From the NCBI GenBank assembly GCA_013375475.1, contig JABXKD010000016.1:1-49806 (forward strand): a stretch of 49,806 nucleotides of DNA, in the 5' to 3' direction. Made by a program: the position numbers and the translations under genes. The DNA comes from Promethearchaeota archaeon. GTDB taxonomy: Archaea > Asgardarchaeota > Lokiarchaeia > Sigyniarchaeales > SOKP01. This document shows, in pieces, positions 1-10,145 of the stretch (positions are counted from its first letter, which is position 1; each line of letters starts with the position of its first letter). The notes beneath the pieces are model-generated. The model saw only the letters and a program-made list of their open reading frames with translations. It searched no databases and was not told the origin of the DNA.

Positions 1-140
1 AACATTATTAGTGTATCAAGTCTCTTCTGTTTTATAAATTTTATCCAAGGTTTGTTTTCATTTTATTTTTAACAGAATAGCTAATTTTCGACACTTTTAA
101 TAATTATTAAAGAATGAATTTCTAAAAAACCATAACTTTA

Positions 141-200
141 AATAATTAAATTTAATTAGACTTAATTGAACATAATTAAATATAGTTAAATATAATTAAA
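141..200. repeat. Six phased 10-bp degenerate tandem repeats (consensus nwTAATTAAA)
   Basis: aataattaaa/tttaattaga/cttaattgaa/cataattaaa/tatagttaaa/tataattaaa read directly at 141-200. Confidence 0.6.
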
Positions 201-217
201 TTACGGAGTAATGAAAA

Positions 218-373
218 ATGCCAAATAATTGGGATATTGGACAAAAGGCAAGAGAACTAGACGAAAAATCTATTTCCGAGAGAGTAAAAATCGAAAGGCA
301 TTCCATTAAAAGAGTTGCAGGGGCACTATTTATATATTTTTTAATCATATTATCGTTCTATTTCTTTCTGTAG
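218..373 (+). CDS. Small 51-aa protein with C-terminal transmembrane helix (not in ORF track)
   Basis: Hand translation MPNNWDIGQKARELDEKSISERVKIERHSIKRVAGALFIYFLIILSFYFFL*; GGAG at 205-208; ends 12 nt before the next gene. Confidence 0.6.
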   Translation: MPNNWDIGQKARELDEKSISERVKIERHSIKRVAGALFIYFLIILSFYFFL

Positions 374-385
374 GGTTAAAGAAGG

Positions 386-1177
386 ATGGAATTAATTTTA
401 CTAATCATCTTACTAGCATTTCTTTTCGAAGTAATGGATTCAACGTCAGGCATGGGATTTGGTACCGCCTTAGCACCAATATTATTCCTGTTTGGTTATA
501 GCCCTCTCCAAGTTGTCCCTACACTTTTAATTTCTGAAACTATAACAGGTTTGATTGATGCATTTTTTGATCATGAATTTAAAAATGTTTCTTTTTCTTT
601 TCATCCCCTAAGTGATGCTACGAAAATAGCTCTTTGTATGGCATTTTTTGGTTGTTTAGCAATAATATCCTCAATTTCTCTGGGATATTTTGCAATTAAA
701 TTTTCAGATTATGTAATTAAATCATATGTCGCAATATTGGTTATGTTTATGGGCATTTCAGGGTTTTTAAGAATTAAATTAATGAAAACTAAAGCTTACA
801 ACGCGAAACCCAAAATGCTTCTTGCTTTCTCAGCACTCGCAGGTTTTAATAAAGGAATTGGTGGAGGGGGATATGGCCCCGTAGTAACTTTGGGTCAAAT
901 ATTCTCAGGTATTTATGAAAAAAGTGCAACTGCCATTGTATCTTTTTCAGAAGCGATAGTATCATTCGTAGGAATATTAACATTCATTTTTATAAGTTTT
1001 GCTGGAGTAGAACTGGATCTTTATCTTTTACCCTCAATCTTTACTGGTGGGTTTTTTGCGGCTCTCATAGCCCCGTATATAGTTCGCGTATTACCCAATA
1101 AAATCTGGAAATACATTATCCCTATTTATGCTTTCAGCATAGGAATTTTTTCTATTATTAAATTATATATTTTTTAA
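386..1177 (+). CDS. Sulfite exporter TauE/SafE (TSUP) family membrane protein
   Basis: Multi-TM; two repeats with GMGFG..LAP and GIGGGGYGP motifs. Confidence 0.8.
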   Translation: MELILLIILLAFLFEVMDSTSGMGFGTALAPILFLFGYSPLQVVPTLLISETITGLIDAFFDHEFKNVSFSFHPLSDATKIALCMAFFGCLAIISSISLGYFAIKFSDYVIKSYVAILVMFMGISGFLRIKLMKTKAYNAKPKMLLAFSALAGFNKGIGGGGYGPVVTLGQIFSGIYEKSATAIVSFSEAIVSFVGILTFIFISFAGVELDLYLLPSIFTGGFFAALIAPYIVRVLPNKIWKYIIPIYAFSIGIFSIIKLYIF

Positions 1178-1271
1178 AGGAAAAAGAAAAAATATATTAT
1201 CTATGGATTGTTAATTTACTTAATTCTTTGTAATGAAAAGAATTATTTTCAAAAAAAAATTGGTTTTAAAA

Positions 1272-1544
1272 TTGGTAAAAGGAACAGTAAAATGGTTTAA
1301 TAGCCGAAAAGGCTTTGGATTTATTAATTCTGAAGATGGTACCGACGTGTTCGTTCATTACACCGCATTATCTGGTGGAGATGACGAATATAAGACACTT
1401 AATGAGAATGATAAGGTCGAATTTGAAGTTACTGAAGGCCAAAAAGGCCCTCAAGCTTCCAATGTTGTCGTAACTGAGAAAGCACCACCTCAATTTAACT
1501 CGTATAGTCGAGGCGGAGGCGGCGGAAGACGAAATCGCTATTAA
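1272..1544 (+). CDS. Cold-shock domain protein with Gly/Arg-rich C-terminal tail
   Basis: GTVKWFN, RNP1 KGFGFI, RNP2 [13 protein letters not shown]; likely start TTG at 1272 (ORF track starts at 1233). Confidence 0.92.
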   Translation: MVKGTVKWFNSRKGFGFINSEDGTDVFVHYTALSGGDDEYKTLNENDKVEFEVTEGQKGPQASNVVVTEKAPPQFNSYSRGGGGGRRNRY

Positions 1545-1712
1545 TTTAAAGAATTAATCTCTAATTAAGTAATAAATCTTAAAAAGTAATAATATAAAAT
1601 AAGTAGTAAATAATAATTAGTAAAAAACTCTTTTTGCGATTGTTATCTAATCTTATCTTTTTTTTTAATTATTTTGTTTCAAAAGGTCTAGTTAGTTTTG
1701 AAATTATGCATT

Positions 1713-2543
1713 TTAAGTGCTATTAATGCGTTTCATTTCCTTTGATACTTTCATAAACCCTCTGATCATCTTCGCAAGTGGAAAACCTCTGAAGTCTTTA
1801 CCATTATCTTTACAAGTTGGTAATGCGTACGGAATGACTGCCATACTACTCTTTTCCACATCTGTCATAGCATATTTCTTCAATAAATCCATTTCTGCGT
1901 CATATAATTCTTTATCCTTCCAAGCTTCAATCAATTTAGCATTATATAAATTCGTAAAGATCATCCCTGGTTGAAATATGTTAATTTTGATATCATTTTC
2001 AGTCTTATCTAATTCTTTTGCTAAACACCGAGAAAATGCCACAACCCCTCCTTTAGAGGCCGAGTAAATGGTCATATTTTCCATGGGTCTATCTGCTCCA
2101 CCCCCTGATAATGAAATTATTCTCCCATATTTTTGTTTAATCATTTGGGGTAATACTGCGGATATCGAATCTAAAACTCCAATTAAGTTTGTTCCGATAA
2201 TTTTGTGAGCGTCAGAATTTACTTGATCTAAGGGTAAATATTGAAAAGGGCCATACGTTAAGTTCACACCAGCGTTCGCTACTAAGATACGGACTGATCC
2301 AAAAGCTTCAATGGTTTTATCAATGAAGTTCTTCACGGCAACCGGATCAGAAACATCGCAGGGCATACCGATGACAGAGTCGCCAAATTGATTTTTAAAC
2401 TCTGTTACAGTTCGATTAACATTAGTTTCATTTCGAGAACAAATCGCTACTTTGCATCCTTCTTTAAGGAATAGTTCGGCTATTTTTTTTCCAATTCCAC
2501 TTGTGGAACCTGTTACGATAGCAGTTTCATTGATCATTTTCAT
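1713..2543 (-). CDS. Short-chain dehydrogenase/reductase (SDR)
   Basis: TGSTSGIG, ANAG, YSASK catalytic motif. Confidence 0.9.
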   Translation of the reverse strand: MKMINETAIVTGSTSGIGKKIAELFLKEGCKVAICSRNETNVNRTVTEFKNQFGDSVIGMPCDVSDPVAVKNFIDKTIEAFGSVRILVANAGVNLTYGPFQYLPLDQVNSDAHKIIGTNLIGVLDSISAVLPQMIKQKYGRIISLSGGGADRPMENMTIYSASKGGVVAFSRCLAKELDKTENDIKINIFQPGMIFTNLYNAKLIEAWKDKELYDAEMDLLKKYAMTDVEKSSMAVIPYALPTCKDNGKDFRGFPLAKMIRGFMKVSKEMKRINST

Positions 2544-2578
2544 TTATATATCACCATAGTTTTTAAAATATAGGAACT

Positions 2579-3418
2579 TTAAGGAACTTTTCGGTTTTCT
2601 TTTAACCACTCAATTCCATAATCTACAATCTCCCGAATTGAAATCAATCGACTTTCTGCCATTCCAATTTTCCCGGGTGTATAATTGATTTTGGATTCAA
2701 AATCCTTTCCAAGTTGTTCGAAATCATCACTGTTTACATCTAATTCTTCCCATTCTACCCATTCTCTCTGATTATTTACAAGCATTGCGCATCCAGTTTT
2801 ATTGTGTTTTTTACCAGGAAAATCGCTTCTGTATTCGGCAAGATGTATTGATGAATTATTCTCGTGAGTAACTCCAATCAATAAGACTTGTCCATTTAGT
2901 TCGTATAAACGCGAGATTGGGGATCCTTCACCAAGATCCCCTATTAATTCGTGGTTTTCGGTGATAAATTTTGCGTTTTTACCCCACGCTGCGAAGGAGG
3001 ACATTGGGTGCGTGCTCCTTAGCACATTAGGCCAATTTTTAAAAGTATTAACGATCGTTCCCATTCCTCTAGTGGGGGTAATATCTGGTTCATAGGCAGG
3101 CATTTCTTTTCGGATCGTATCCCACCAACTTTTAGGGACAGGGGGATGTTCCCATTTAGACGGTTCAGAGTTGTCGCTAGTAAAAGTAGGCATTACTAAA
3201 GTTCCTTCGGAAGTTATTGTTTGCATTAAAGCTCTAATAACCGACACTGAGCCTCCAACAGTCCACCCAATTTTGCTTAAAGAACTGTGCATAATTATGA
3301 TAGCTCCTGGTTTAACACCTAGAGCTTCAAAATCGCTTCTTAAAGAAGTTATCGTGTTAGGTTTGGGAGTGTAGCTAATAACGCTCCCCTCTGTTTCCTT
3401 CTTACTATCGTTTTCCAT
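2579..3418 (-). CDS. AAC(3)/YokD-family N-acetyltransferase
   Basis: HSSLSKIGW..GG, GTLVMPT, RSTHP..SFAAWG, NSSIHLAE motifs. Confidence 0.88.
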   Translation of the reverse strand: MENDSKKETEGSVISYTPKPNTITSLRSDFEALGVKPGAIIIMHSSLSKIGWTVGGSVSVIRALMQTITSEGTLVMPTFTSDNSEPSKWEHPPVPKSWWDTIRKEMPAYEPDITPTRGMGTIVNTFKNWPNVLRSTHPMSSFAAWGKNAKFITENHELIGDLGEGSPISRLYELNGQVLLIGVTHENNSSIHLAEYRSDFPGKKHNKTGCAMLVNNQREWVEWEELDVNSDDFEQLGKDFESKINYTPGKIGMAESRLISIREIVDYGIEWLKENRKVP

Positions 3419-3467
3419 ACTATTTACAATAGGTTATAGAATAATTACTTTTCCATACTCGCTAAAA

Positions 3468-4064
3468 CTACGCTAAAATACAGGTTTTCAAAAGAGTGAT
3501 ACTTTCCGCTCTTGCTCTTAGTATCGTTCTTTCTGCTATTCCGTCCATATCTTTCGAAGTAAGTATTTTTTCCTCTAAGACTTTTTTATAAAGCAAATAC
3601 TCATCTTTTCTACTAATGAATGGATCTACCTCTTCTGCGTGGATATAATTATCTATGTGTTTTTTTTTCCCGTTGTAATTTCCTTCTGTAAGATCAAACT
3701 GGTAGTCCTCATATACAAGAAAACAATGGACCATTGGGACGTATGGAATATCATATTTTTCTAATATATGTTGAACTCCCGTTGTTATCTCCTCCGTTAA
3801 TTTGTAAACGTACACATATTTATACAGTGGAATTTTAAGTTCTTGTGCGAGTTCTGCGATAACAGCATGTTTGGAGGTGCACGAGCCTTTTTTTTCCTTA
3901 AAAAGTATCATCCTATCTTCATAGTCTGTATTGTACCCATAGTCAACATTGTGCACGTAATTGCAAGCATCTTTGAAGGTTTTAATTCCTAAATCTAAAA
4001 ACTTTTTTGAAAGTTCTCCTACGGGTTTAAGCTCCACATCGGGCAGTTTATCATATGAATCCAT
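3468..4064 (-). CDS. Hypothetical protein, possible transglutaminase-like fold
   Basis: GSCTSKH, HCFL, FDLT could supply a Cys-His-Asp triad. Confidence 0.5.
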   Translation of the reverse strand: MDSYDKLPDVELKPVGELSKKFLDLGIKTFKDACNYVHNVDYGYNTDYEDRMILFKEKKGSCTSKHAVIAELAQELKIPLYKYVYVYKLTEEITTGVQHILEKYDIPYVPMVHCFLVYEDYQFDLTEGNYNGKKKHIDNYIHAEEVDPFISRKDEYLLYKKVLEEKILTSKDMDGIAERTILRARAESITLLKTCILA

Positions 4065-4237
4065 ACTATAGGTTTTTTTTACATAAATTTAAATTATATC
4101 TCTATAGACTATAGAAATTACTCGGATTCAAAAAAAAATAAAATTTTATGTTATTTCTAAATCCTTTTATAAGTTATTCTCTTCTATAACAAATCAAGGA
4201 AAACGAATTTGAAACTAAATTGGTGAAACAACACTCT

Positions 4238-5683
4238 ATGACTGATAAGAAGAAACTTCCCAATATCGTAATTTTCCTCCCAGATTCAATGAGAGGTGAT
4301 GCTGTTTCTTTAGGAGGCCTAGTTAATTCCTATATTAAAACCCCTAACATGGATAAAATTGCTAAAGAAGGTATAGCCTTTACTAATTGTTTTACTGTTA
4401 ATACAGTATGTGTTCCTTCAAGGTGTTGTACTTTTACGGGACAATACGTGCATTCCAATGGACATAGAGGGTTGTATCAGCTATTACAACCTCATGAGGA
4501 AAATTTGTTTAAATTTCTAAGAGATAATGATTATAACGTAATTTGGGTGGGTAGGAACGATTTATTTAGTAAAGAATCGGGAAAAATAAGTGTTACTAAA
4601 CGAATAAAAGCTAATAGGAGGTTCCACTATAAGTCTAATCCATATCCTGAGGGTCACTACTTAAGAAAATCGTTTTATTATGGTGAGAGAACAAAAGAAG
4701 AGGCAAAAGATATTGATTATTATCTCATTCAAGATACGCTCAGATATCTCGATTCAATCCCTGAAACTCCGTTCTGTCTTTACGTTTCTTTAAATTTCCC
4801 TCATCCTCCTTATACCGTAGAAGAGCCTTATTTTTCTATGTATGATCGCAATGAAATACCTATTCCTCTCCCTTCTAATCTTGATGATAAACCTGAATTT
4901 ATGCGTATAATGCGTGAAAGATACGGACTAGCGAACCTTAAAGAAAACGATTTCAAAGAAATAGTCGCAACGTATTACGGCATGATTACAAGAGTGGATC
5001 ATCAGTTAGGGGAAATATTAGATAAACTCAAAGAAATAGGAGAATACGAGAATAGTGTTATCTCAATTTTTTCGGATCATGGCGATTTCACGGGAAATTA
5101 TGGGCTGACTGAAAAATGGCCAAACGCCTTCCAAGATTGCCTTACTAGGGTTCCATTAATACTGAAAATTCCCGGCGTTAGACCAAAGGCAAAAGTATTT
5201 AATCAGCTTGTCGAATCAATAGATATTTTTCCTACAATACTTGAAATTGCTCAAATAGAAACCCCTTACACTCATTTTGGAAAAAGCCTTATACCCATAA
5301 TTAAAGGTGAAAAAGAAGAGATTAGAAATGCTGTATTTGCTGAAGGTGGATACGATCTAAGAGAGCCACAATGCTTTGAGACTATAATCAAAAATCCTAA
5401 CGATCCCAATTTAGGTATTTATTACGAAAAGACGAATATTCCACAGAAGCATCCATTAACAGTCGCTCGTTCAGTAATGATTAGGACTCTTGAATTGAAA
5501 CTAGTACTGCGTTCTGCAGGAAAGGAAGAGTTTTACGATCTAGGCAACGATCCCAACGAATTAAATAATTTAATCGATAGTTCTACGAATGAAGTAATTA
5601 AAAACGATCTAAAAGAGCAATTGCTCAGATGGTATTTGCGAACCAGTGATAATTCAGATTGGAAAAGAAAAAGAATTGCATAA
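4238..5683 (+). CDS. Sulfatase (formylglycine-dependent, choline-sulfatase-like)
   Basis: PNIVIFLPD, CVPSR...TG signature, PHPPY, SDHGD; likely ATG at 4238. Confidence 0.9.
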   Translation: MTDKKKLPNIVIFLPDSMRGDAVSLGGLVNSYIKTPNMDKIAKEGIAFTNCFTVNTVCVPSRCCTFTGQYVHSNGHRGLYQLLQPHEENLFKFLRDNDYNVIWVGRNDLFSKESGKISVTKRIKANRRFHYKSNPYPEGHYLRKSFYYGERTKEEAKDIDYYLIQDTLRYLDSIPETPFCLYVSLNFPHPPYTVEEPYFSMYDRNEIPIPLPSNLDDKPEFMRIMRERYGLANLKENDFKEIVATYYGMITRVDHQLGEILDKLKEIGEYENSVISIFSDHGDFTGNYGLTEKWPNAFQDCLTRVPLILKIPGVRPKAKVFNQLVESIDIFPTILEIAQIETPYTHFGKSLIPIIKGEKEEIRNAVFAEGGYDLREPQCFETIIKNPNDPNLGIYYEKTNIPQKHPLTVARSVMIRTLELKLVLRSAGKEEFYDLGNDPNELNNLIDSSTNEVIKNDLKEQLLRWYLRTSDNSDWKRKRIA

Positions 5684-5803
5684 AAAAAAGAAATTCTAAT
5701 AACCTTACACTGATTTTCTATGTGGAACTAATTTTTATTAGGTTACATATTATCTTTAATATTTAGTCTAAAATATTTTTCCACAATAAAAAAGGTTTGA
5801 AAG

Positions 5804-7051
5804 TTGACAATATTCGAAGATGCATTAAAAGGCATTACTACTCTTGAGATGCTCCAAGTAGCTGAAAATGAGAAAATTAACTCAAAAAAAGTTGTTAAGA
5901 ACATCTCAAAGGGAAGAATAGCAATAATGAAAAGGGACAATTTCAACCCTGTAGGTATAGGATTTCCTCTCAGAACAAAAATTAATGTAAATCTTGGGAC
6001 ATCTTCTTCGACTATTAATATTGACGAAGAGTTTAAGAAAGTAGAGATCGCGCAGAAATATGGAGCTGACACTATTTCGGATCTATCTATGGGCGGAGAT
6101 ATTGACGCAATTAGGAGGAATATATTAAGCATCTCAAACTTACCTTTAACTACCGTTCCAATCTATCAAGCAATTATAGAAGCAGATTCGGCGTCTAATG
6201 TTTCAGAAGATTTAATCTTCAAAGTAGTTGAAAAGCAGATAAAAGACGGGATAAGCTCGATAGTAGTACATTCTGGTTTTACTCTTGAGACTTTAAATCT
6301 TATGAAAGGCAAAAGAATAATGAAAATAGTCTCTAAAGGAGGGAGTTTGACAGCTTCAATTATGAAATCGGCTCATATGGAAAATCCATTTTTAAAAAAT
6401 TTCGAACAGCTTTTAGAACTTATTAAAGAACATGATATTGTAATAAATTTAGGTAATGCGATGAGATCTGGCTGTATTCACGACAAAGTGGACGGATTTC
6501 AGCTCGCAGAACTAAAAACAAATGCTAAACTCGCAAAAACTGCCAATAAATTTGGAGTTCAAGTAATTCTAGAGAGCCTGGGTGGTCATATAATCGCGAA
6601 AGACATTATCAATTACGTAAAGCTATACAAAAAATTAACGAATAATCGTCCTTTATTTGTTTCTGGTCCACTCCCTATAGATACCGCAACGGGTTACGAT
6701 CATATCGCGGCTGCGATCGGAGGTTCGTTTGCCTCCGGATTTGGAGCAGATTATATATGTGCTATCACACCAGCAGAGCATCTTTGTTTACCATCCCTCG
6801 AAGACATTAAAGAGGGATTAATCGCATGCAAAATAGCTGCTCACGTAGGGGACTCTATGAAATTCGGTTTGAACCATCTTTTCGCTAACGATTTAGAGCT
6901 GTCAAAGAATCGATTTTCTAGGAATTGGAAAAAACAATTCGAGTATTGCATAGATCCAACTGAACCAGAAAAAAGACACCCCGTTTCTGAAGAAATGTGT
7001 AGCATGTGTGGAGCTCACTGCGCTTTATCAATGTCAAAAAAGATTTTATAA
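5804..7051 (+). CDS. Divergent ThiC-family radical SAM enzyme (ThiC/Bza-like paralogue)
   Basis: KINVNLGTS, GADTISDLS, GYDHI, TPAEHL, C-terminal CSMCGAHC cluster motif. Confidence 0.8.
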   Translation: MTIFEDALKGITTLEMLQVAENEKINSKKVVKNISKGRIAIMKRDNFNPVGIGFPLRTKINVNLGTSSSTINIDEEFKKVEIAQKYGADTISDLSMGGDIDAIRRNILSISNLPLTTVPIYQAIIEADSASNVSEDLIFKVVEKQIKDGISSIVVHSGFTLETLNLMKGKRIMKIVSKGGSLTASIMKSAHMENPFLKNFEQLLELIKEHDIVINLGNAMRSGCIHDKVDGFQLAELKTNAKLAKTANKFGVQVILESLGGHIIAKDIINYVKLYKKLTNNRPLFVSGPLPIDTATGYDHIAAAIGGSFASGFGADYICAITPAEHLCLPSLEDIKEGLIACKIAAHVGDSMKFGLNHLFANDLELSKNRFSRNWKKQFEYCIDPTEPEKRHPVSEEMCSMCGAHCALSMSKKIL

Positions 7052-8533
7052 ATCAGCTATTTTTTTCTTGTACGAAACATATTCACACACTTTTGCTAGC
7101 GCGTTTACAGGTCTATCCCACAACTTAAAAAGCAAAGCTCCGTTCTTTCTCAACCTTTTAGACCAGGGGCTCGTAAAGCTCATAGGATTTATATATAACA
7201 TCGGGACGGAATAGTCTCGACTATTTTTCATTGTCGGTTGGAGTAGCTGTTCAGCTATCTTATCCATTTTTTCCTCTGATTGGATTTGGAATTCTGCCCA
7301 TTTTGCGATTTTTTCGTTCTGGAGAAAATCTTCAATCACATCCTGAAATCCAACAACTCCGTATTGAAGGATAGCATCTACTTCACCAGATTTCATTAAA
7401 ATTTCTGGGAGAGTTATGTAAAAATATGGGAGATTCATATCAAATGTGCAGTCAACAGGATTGTTAAAACCAGCAGTCGATGGTAAGATCTCTTTGAGTT
7501 CTTTTTGGAGCGAATCAGAAAATTCCGGGACCGCAAGACCATGTTTTTCAGCGTTGTTGGCAATCATTGCTCCTGGACCTCCTGAATTTGTAAGAATTCC
7601 GATTCGGTTTCCTTTAGGTAGAATTTTATTCGACAATATCAGTGCAATATCCAAAAATTCTTGTGCGTAATCGGTTCTAATAACGCCTGTTTCTTTAAAC
7701 ACGGCATCATATATTTTTGAATCACCTGCGAGCGATCCGGTGTGACTTTGTAACGCTCTATTACCTCCTTGAGAACCCCCAACATAAATCGCAATAATGG
7801 GCTTTTGAGGTGTTAGTTCTCTTGCTATTTCTAAGAACTTCTTTCCGCGCTTTAACTCTTCGATGTAAAGTCCTATGACTTCAGTTTCTTCGTCATCCTT
7901 GTAATACTCAAGACAATCGACAATATCGATATTTGCTTCGTTGCCAACGGATAGAGACTTACTTAGCCCTAAATCTAAAGTATCGGGATCAAACCAAATA
8001 TGAGAAGACAGTGTTCCACTCTGAGAGGCGATAGAAAAGTTTCCTTTTCTTAAAAGTTCCCATATCGCAATATTGAACGAATTGTTGTAATTTTCTTTCT
8101 CATACCAATTGTTAAAGACGCCTAAGCAATTTGGACCAATAAAGCGCATTCCGTACTCGTTCGCAATTTCGCATATTTCCTCTGTTAGGGTGTTTTTTCG
8201 ATCTCCAGATAATTCTCGAAAGCCCCCCGATATTAACACAATCTTGTCCACGCCTTTTTCCCCGCATTCCCTAAACACTTGAGGAACTATTCGGGCAGAT
8301 AACACAACAACGACCAGATCTGGGATTTCGGGAATATCAGAAATGGTTTTGTAGGTTTTGAAACCCATAACTGACTCTAATTTGGGATGGATCGGATAGA
8401 CATTTCCAGAATATCCAGATTTTATTAGATCCATGATTTGAATAGCTGCTAATGAACCTCCTTTATTATTAGCTCCGAAAAAAGCCACGCTTTTAGGATT
8501 TAAAAATCCATGGAGGAAATGATCTCTACTCAT
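7046..8533 (-). CDS. Acyl-CoA synthetase (NDP-forming), alpha/CoA-binding subunit
   Basis: LNPKSVA, IGPNCLG, SQSG, SHTGSLAG phospho-His motif, TNSGGPG, NPVD. Confidence 0.88.
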   Translation of the reverse strand: MSRDHFLHGFLNPKSVAFFGANNKGGSLAAIQIMDLIKSGYSGNVYPIHPKLESVMGFKTYKTISDIPEIPDLVVVVLSARIVPQVFRECGEKGVDKIVLISGGFRELSGDRKNTLTEEICEIANEYGMRFIGPNCLGVFNNWYEKENYNNSFNIAIWELLRKGNFSIASQSGTLSSHIWFDPDTLDLGLSKSLSVGNEANIDIVDCLEYYKDDEETEVIGLYIEELKRGKKFLEIARELTPQKPIIAIYVGGSQGGNRALQSHTGSLAGDSKIYDAVFKETGVIRTDYAQEFLDIALILSNKILPKGNRIGILTNSGGPGAMIANNAEKHGLAVPEFSDSLQKELKEILPSTAGFNNPVDCTFDMNLPYFYITLPEILMKSGEVDAILQYGVVGFQDVIEDFLQNEKIAKWAEFQIQSEEKMDKIAEQLLQPTMKNSRDYSVPMLYINPMSFTSPWSKRLRKNGALLFKLWDRPVNALAKVCEYVSYKKKIADL

Positions 8534-8650
8534 AAGCCTTCACTTATATCAAGAAATATTGGATGATTTTAAAAGTTAAATATATAGGTTTAATAGCTCA
8601 AAAATAATACATTACTTAATTTTAAATTTAATATTGGTGAGTTTATAAAA

Positions 8651-9640
8651 ATGGTAAGAATTTTGACAAAGGCTAATGTAGCCGAGTTATTAAATATGGC
8701 AGATGCATTAGAATACGTAGAAGAGGCTTATAAACAGCTAACGCTTGGGAACGCATTTGTTCCACAACGAATAGCTATTACGGATCCCGCTCCAGGTTTA
8801 ACTTTAGTAATGCCCGGTATAATTGGAGGAGAGATGAGTGCGCTTGCTACCAAAATTGTTTCAGTTTATAAAAAGAATCCTGAAAAATATAACATACCTA
8901 CGGTTTTGGCAAAAATTATGATACAAGACATTAACACGGGAGATATAGTGGGGATTATGGACGGGAGCCTTATCACAGCAATGAGAACGGGAGCTGCTAC
9001 GGGCGTTTCTGTGAAGTATTTAGCTCGGAAAGATAGCACTACGATGAGCATATATAGCGCGGGAGTGCAAGCGAGAAAGCAAGTTTCTGGAGTATATTAT
9101 GGATTAAACGAAAAATTAGAAAGATGTAAAGTTTTTGATCCTAATAAAGACACTTCTGAAAGCTTTAAAAAAGAAATAGAAGGAGAATTAGGAATTGAAG
9201 TCGAAATAACTAACTCGGGGGATGAATTACTCACTAACTCAGACATTATAGTAGCAGCTACTACAAGTACAACTCCGATTTTCGCAGGTGAAAAAGTGTC
9301 GGAGGGAGTTCACATTTCTTCTATCGGTGCCCATGCCCCGGATGCTCGAGAGTTGGATTCAACGACGATTAAAAGAGCGTCCTTACTTACAGCAGGATTA
9401 AAGGAAGCGTGTTTAGCTGAAGCAGGCGACTATATAATTCCAATTAACGAAGGAATCATATCTAAGGACAATGTTATTTCTATAGGAAATATCATAACAG
9501 GAAAAATTTCAAGCAGAGCAACTGACACTGAAATAACGGTTTTTAAATCAGTGGGAATTAGTGCACAAGATGTTGCGGTTGGAAAATTGGTATATGATAG
9601 AGCCCTAAAGGAAGGAATTGGTCAAGATATAGACTTCTAG
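8651..9640 (+). CDS. Ornithine cyclodeaminase/mu-crystallin family (archaeal alanine dehydrogenase-like)
   Basis: TAMRTGAA, HISSIGA...RELD, FKSVGISAQD. Confidence 0.88.
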   Translation: MVRILTKANVAELLNMADALEYVEEAYKQLTLGNAFVPQRIAITDPAPGLTLVMPGIIGGEMSALATKIVSVYKKNPEKYNIPTVLAKIMIQDINTGDIVGIMDGSLITAMRTGAATGVSVKYLARKDSTTMSIYSAGVQARKQVSGVYYGLNEKLERCKVFDPNKDTSESFKKEIEGELGIEVEITNSGDELLTNSDIIVAATTSTTPIFAGEKVSEGVHISSIGAHAPDARELDSTTIKRASLLTAGLKEACLAEAGDYIIPINEGIISKDNVISIGNIITGKISSRATDTEITVFKSVGISAQDVAVGKLVYDRALKEGIGQDIDF

Positions 9641-9739
9641 AAATTTTTGCATAAAAAAAAAGTGAAATGATTATTTCCTTTCCTTACTGATACAAAGAAA
9701 TTTCCTTCTTAATGTATCTATTTATTCATATTTTTCATC

Positions 9740-9937
9740 TTAGTCCTTGTGATCTTCAAGACCATGACCTTCTTCTTTTAAACCTTTAAGTACGTCTTCT
9801 ATCATATCTTCTTTACCCGCTGCTTTCAAAGCATCTTCGACTCCCTTTTCCATTCCTGTTTGCATTCCCTCTTCGATTCCTGCGGCTATGACATCATCCA
9901 TTCCGTACTTCTTTTTCTTTTTCTTATCTTTACCCAT
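9740..9937 (-). CDS. Small charged hypothetical protein (65 aa)
   Basis: MGKDKKKKKKYG start at 9937; GIEEGMQTGMEKG repeats. Confidence 0.55.
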   Translation of the reverse strand: MGKDKKKKKKYGMDDVIAAGIEEGMQTGMEKGVEDALKAAGKEDMIEDVLKGLKEEGHGLEDHKD

Positions 9938-10039
9938 CAGTATAACCTTTTTAAATATCTTCTTTTGTGTAGGTATCAAATAATAACTAATTATACACTT
10001 GTTTCTTTAAAAAAGTTCTGTTTGTTTTTATATTGGTGA

Positions 10040-10140
10040 GATTTTTCCAGATATCCTATTTACATAATAGTTGGAAAAAATTATTAAACGACTATTCATT
10101 AAAAACGAAATAAATATTGAAACGATTGAAAAGAAGGTTA
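10040..10140 (+). repeat. Copy 1 of ~100-bp duplicated upstream/promoter region
   Basis: Shares CTATTTA..AATAGTTGGAAAAAATTATT..TTCATTAAA..AAAAGAAGGT with 10940-11040. Confidence 0.8.
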
Positions 10141-10145
10141 CTTAA

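Noticed and set aside
2579-3418. Aminoglycoside resistance island
   Set aside because: AAC(3)/YokD homologues are common chromosomal genes; no mobile-element context
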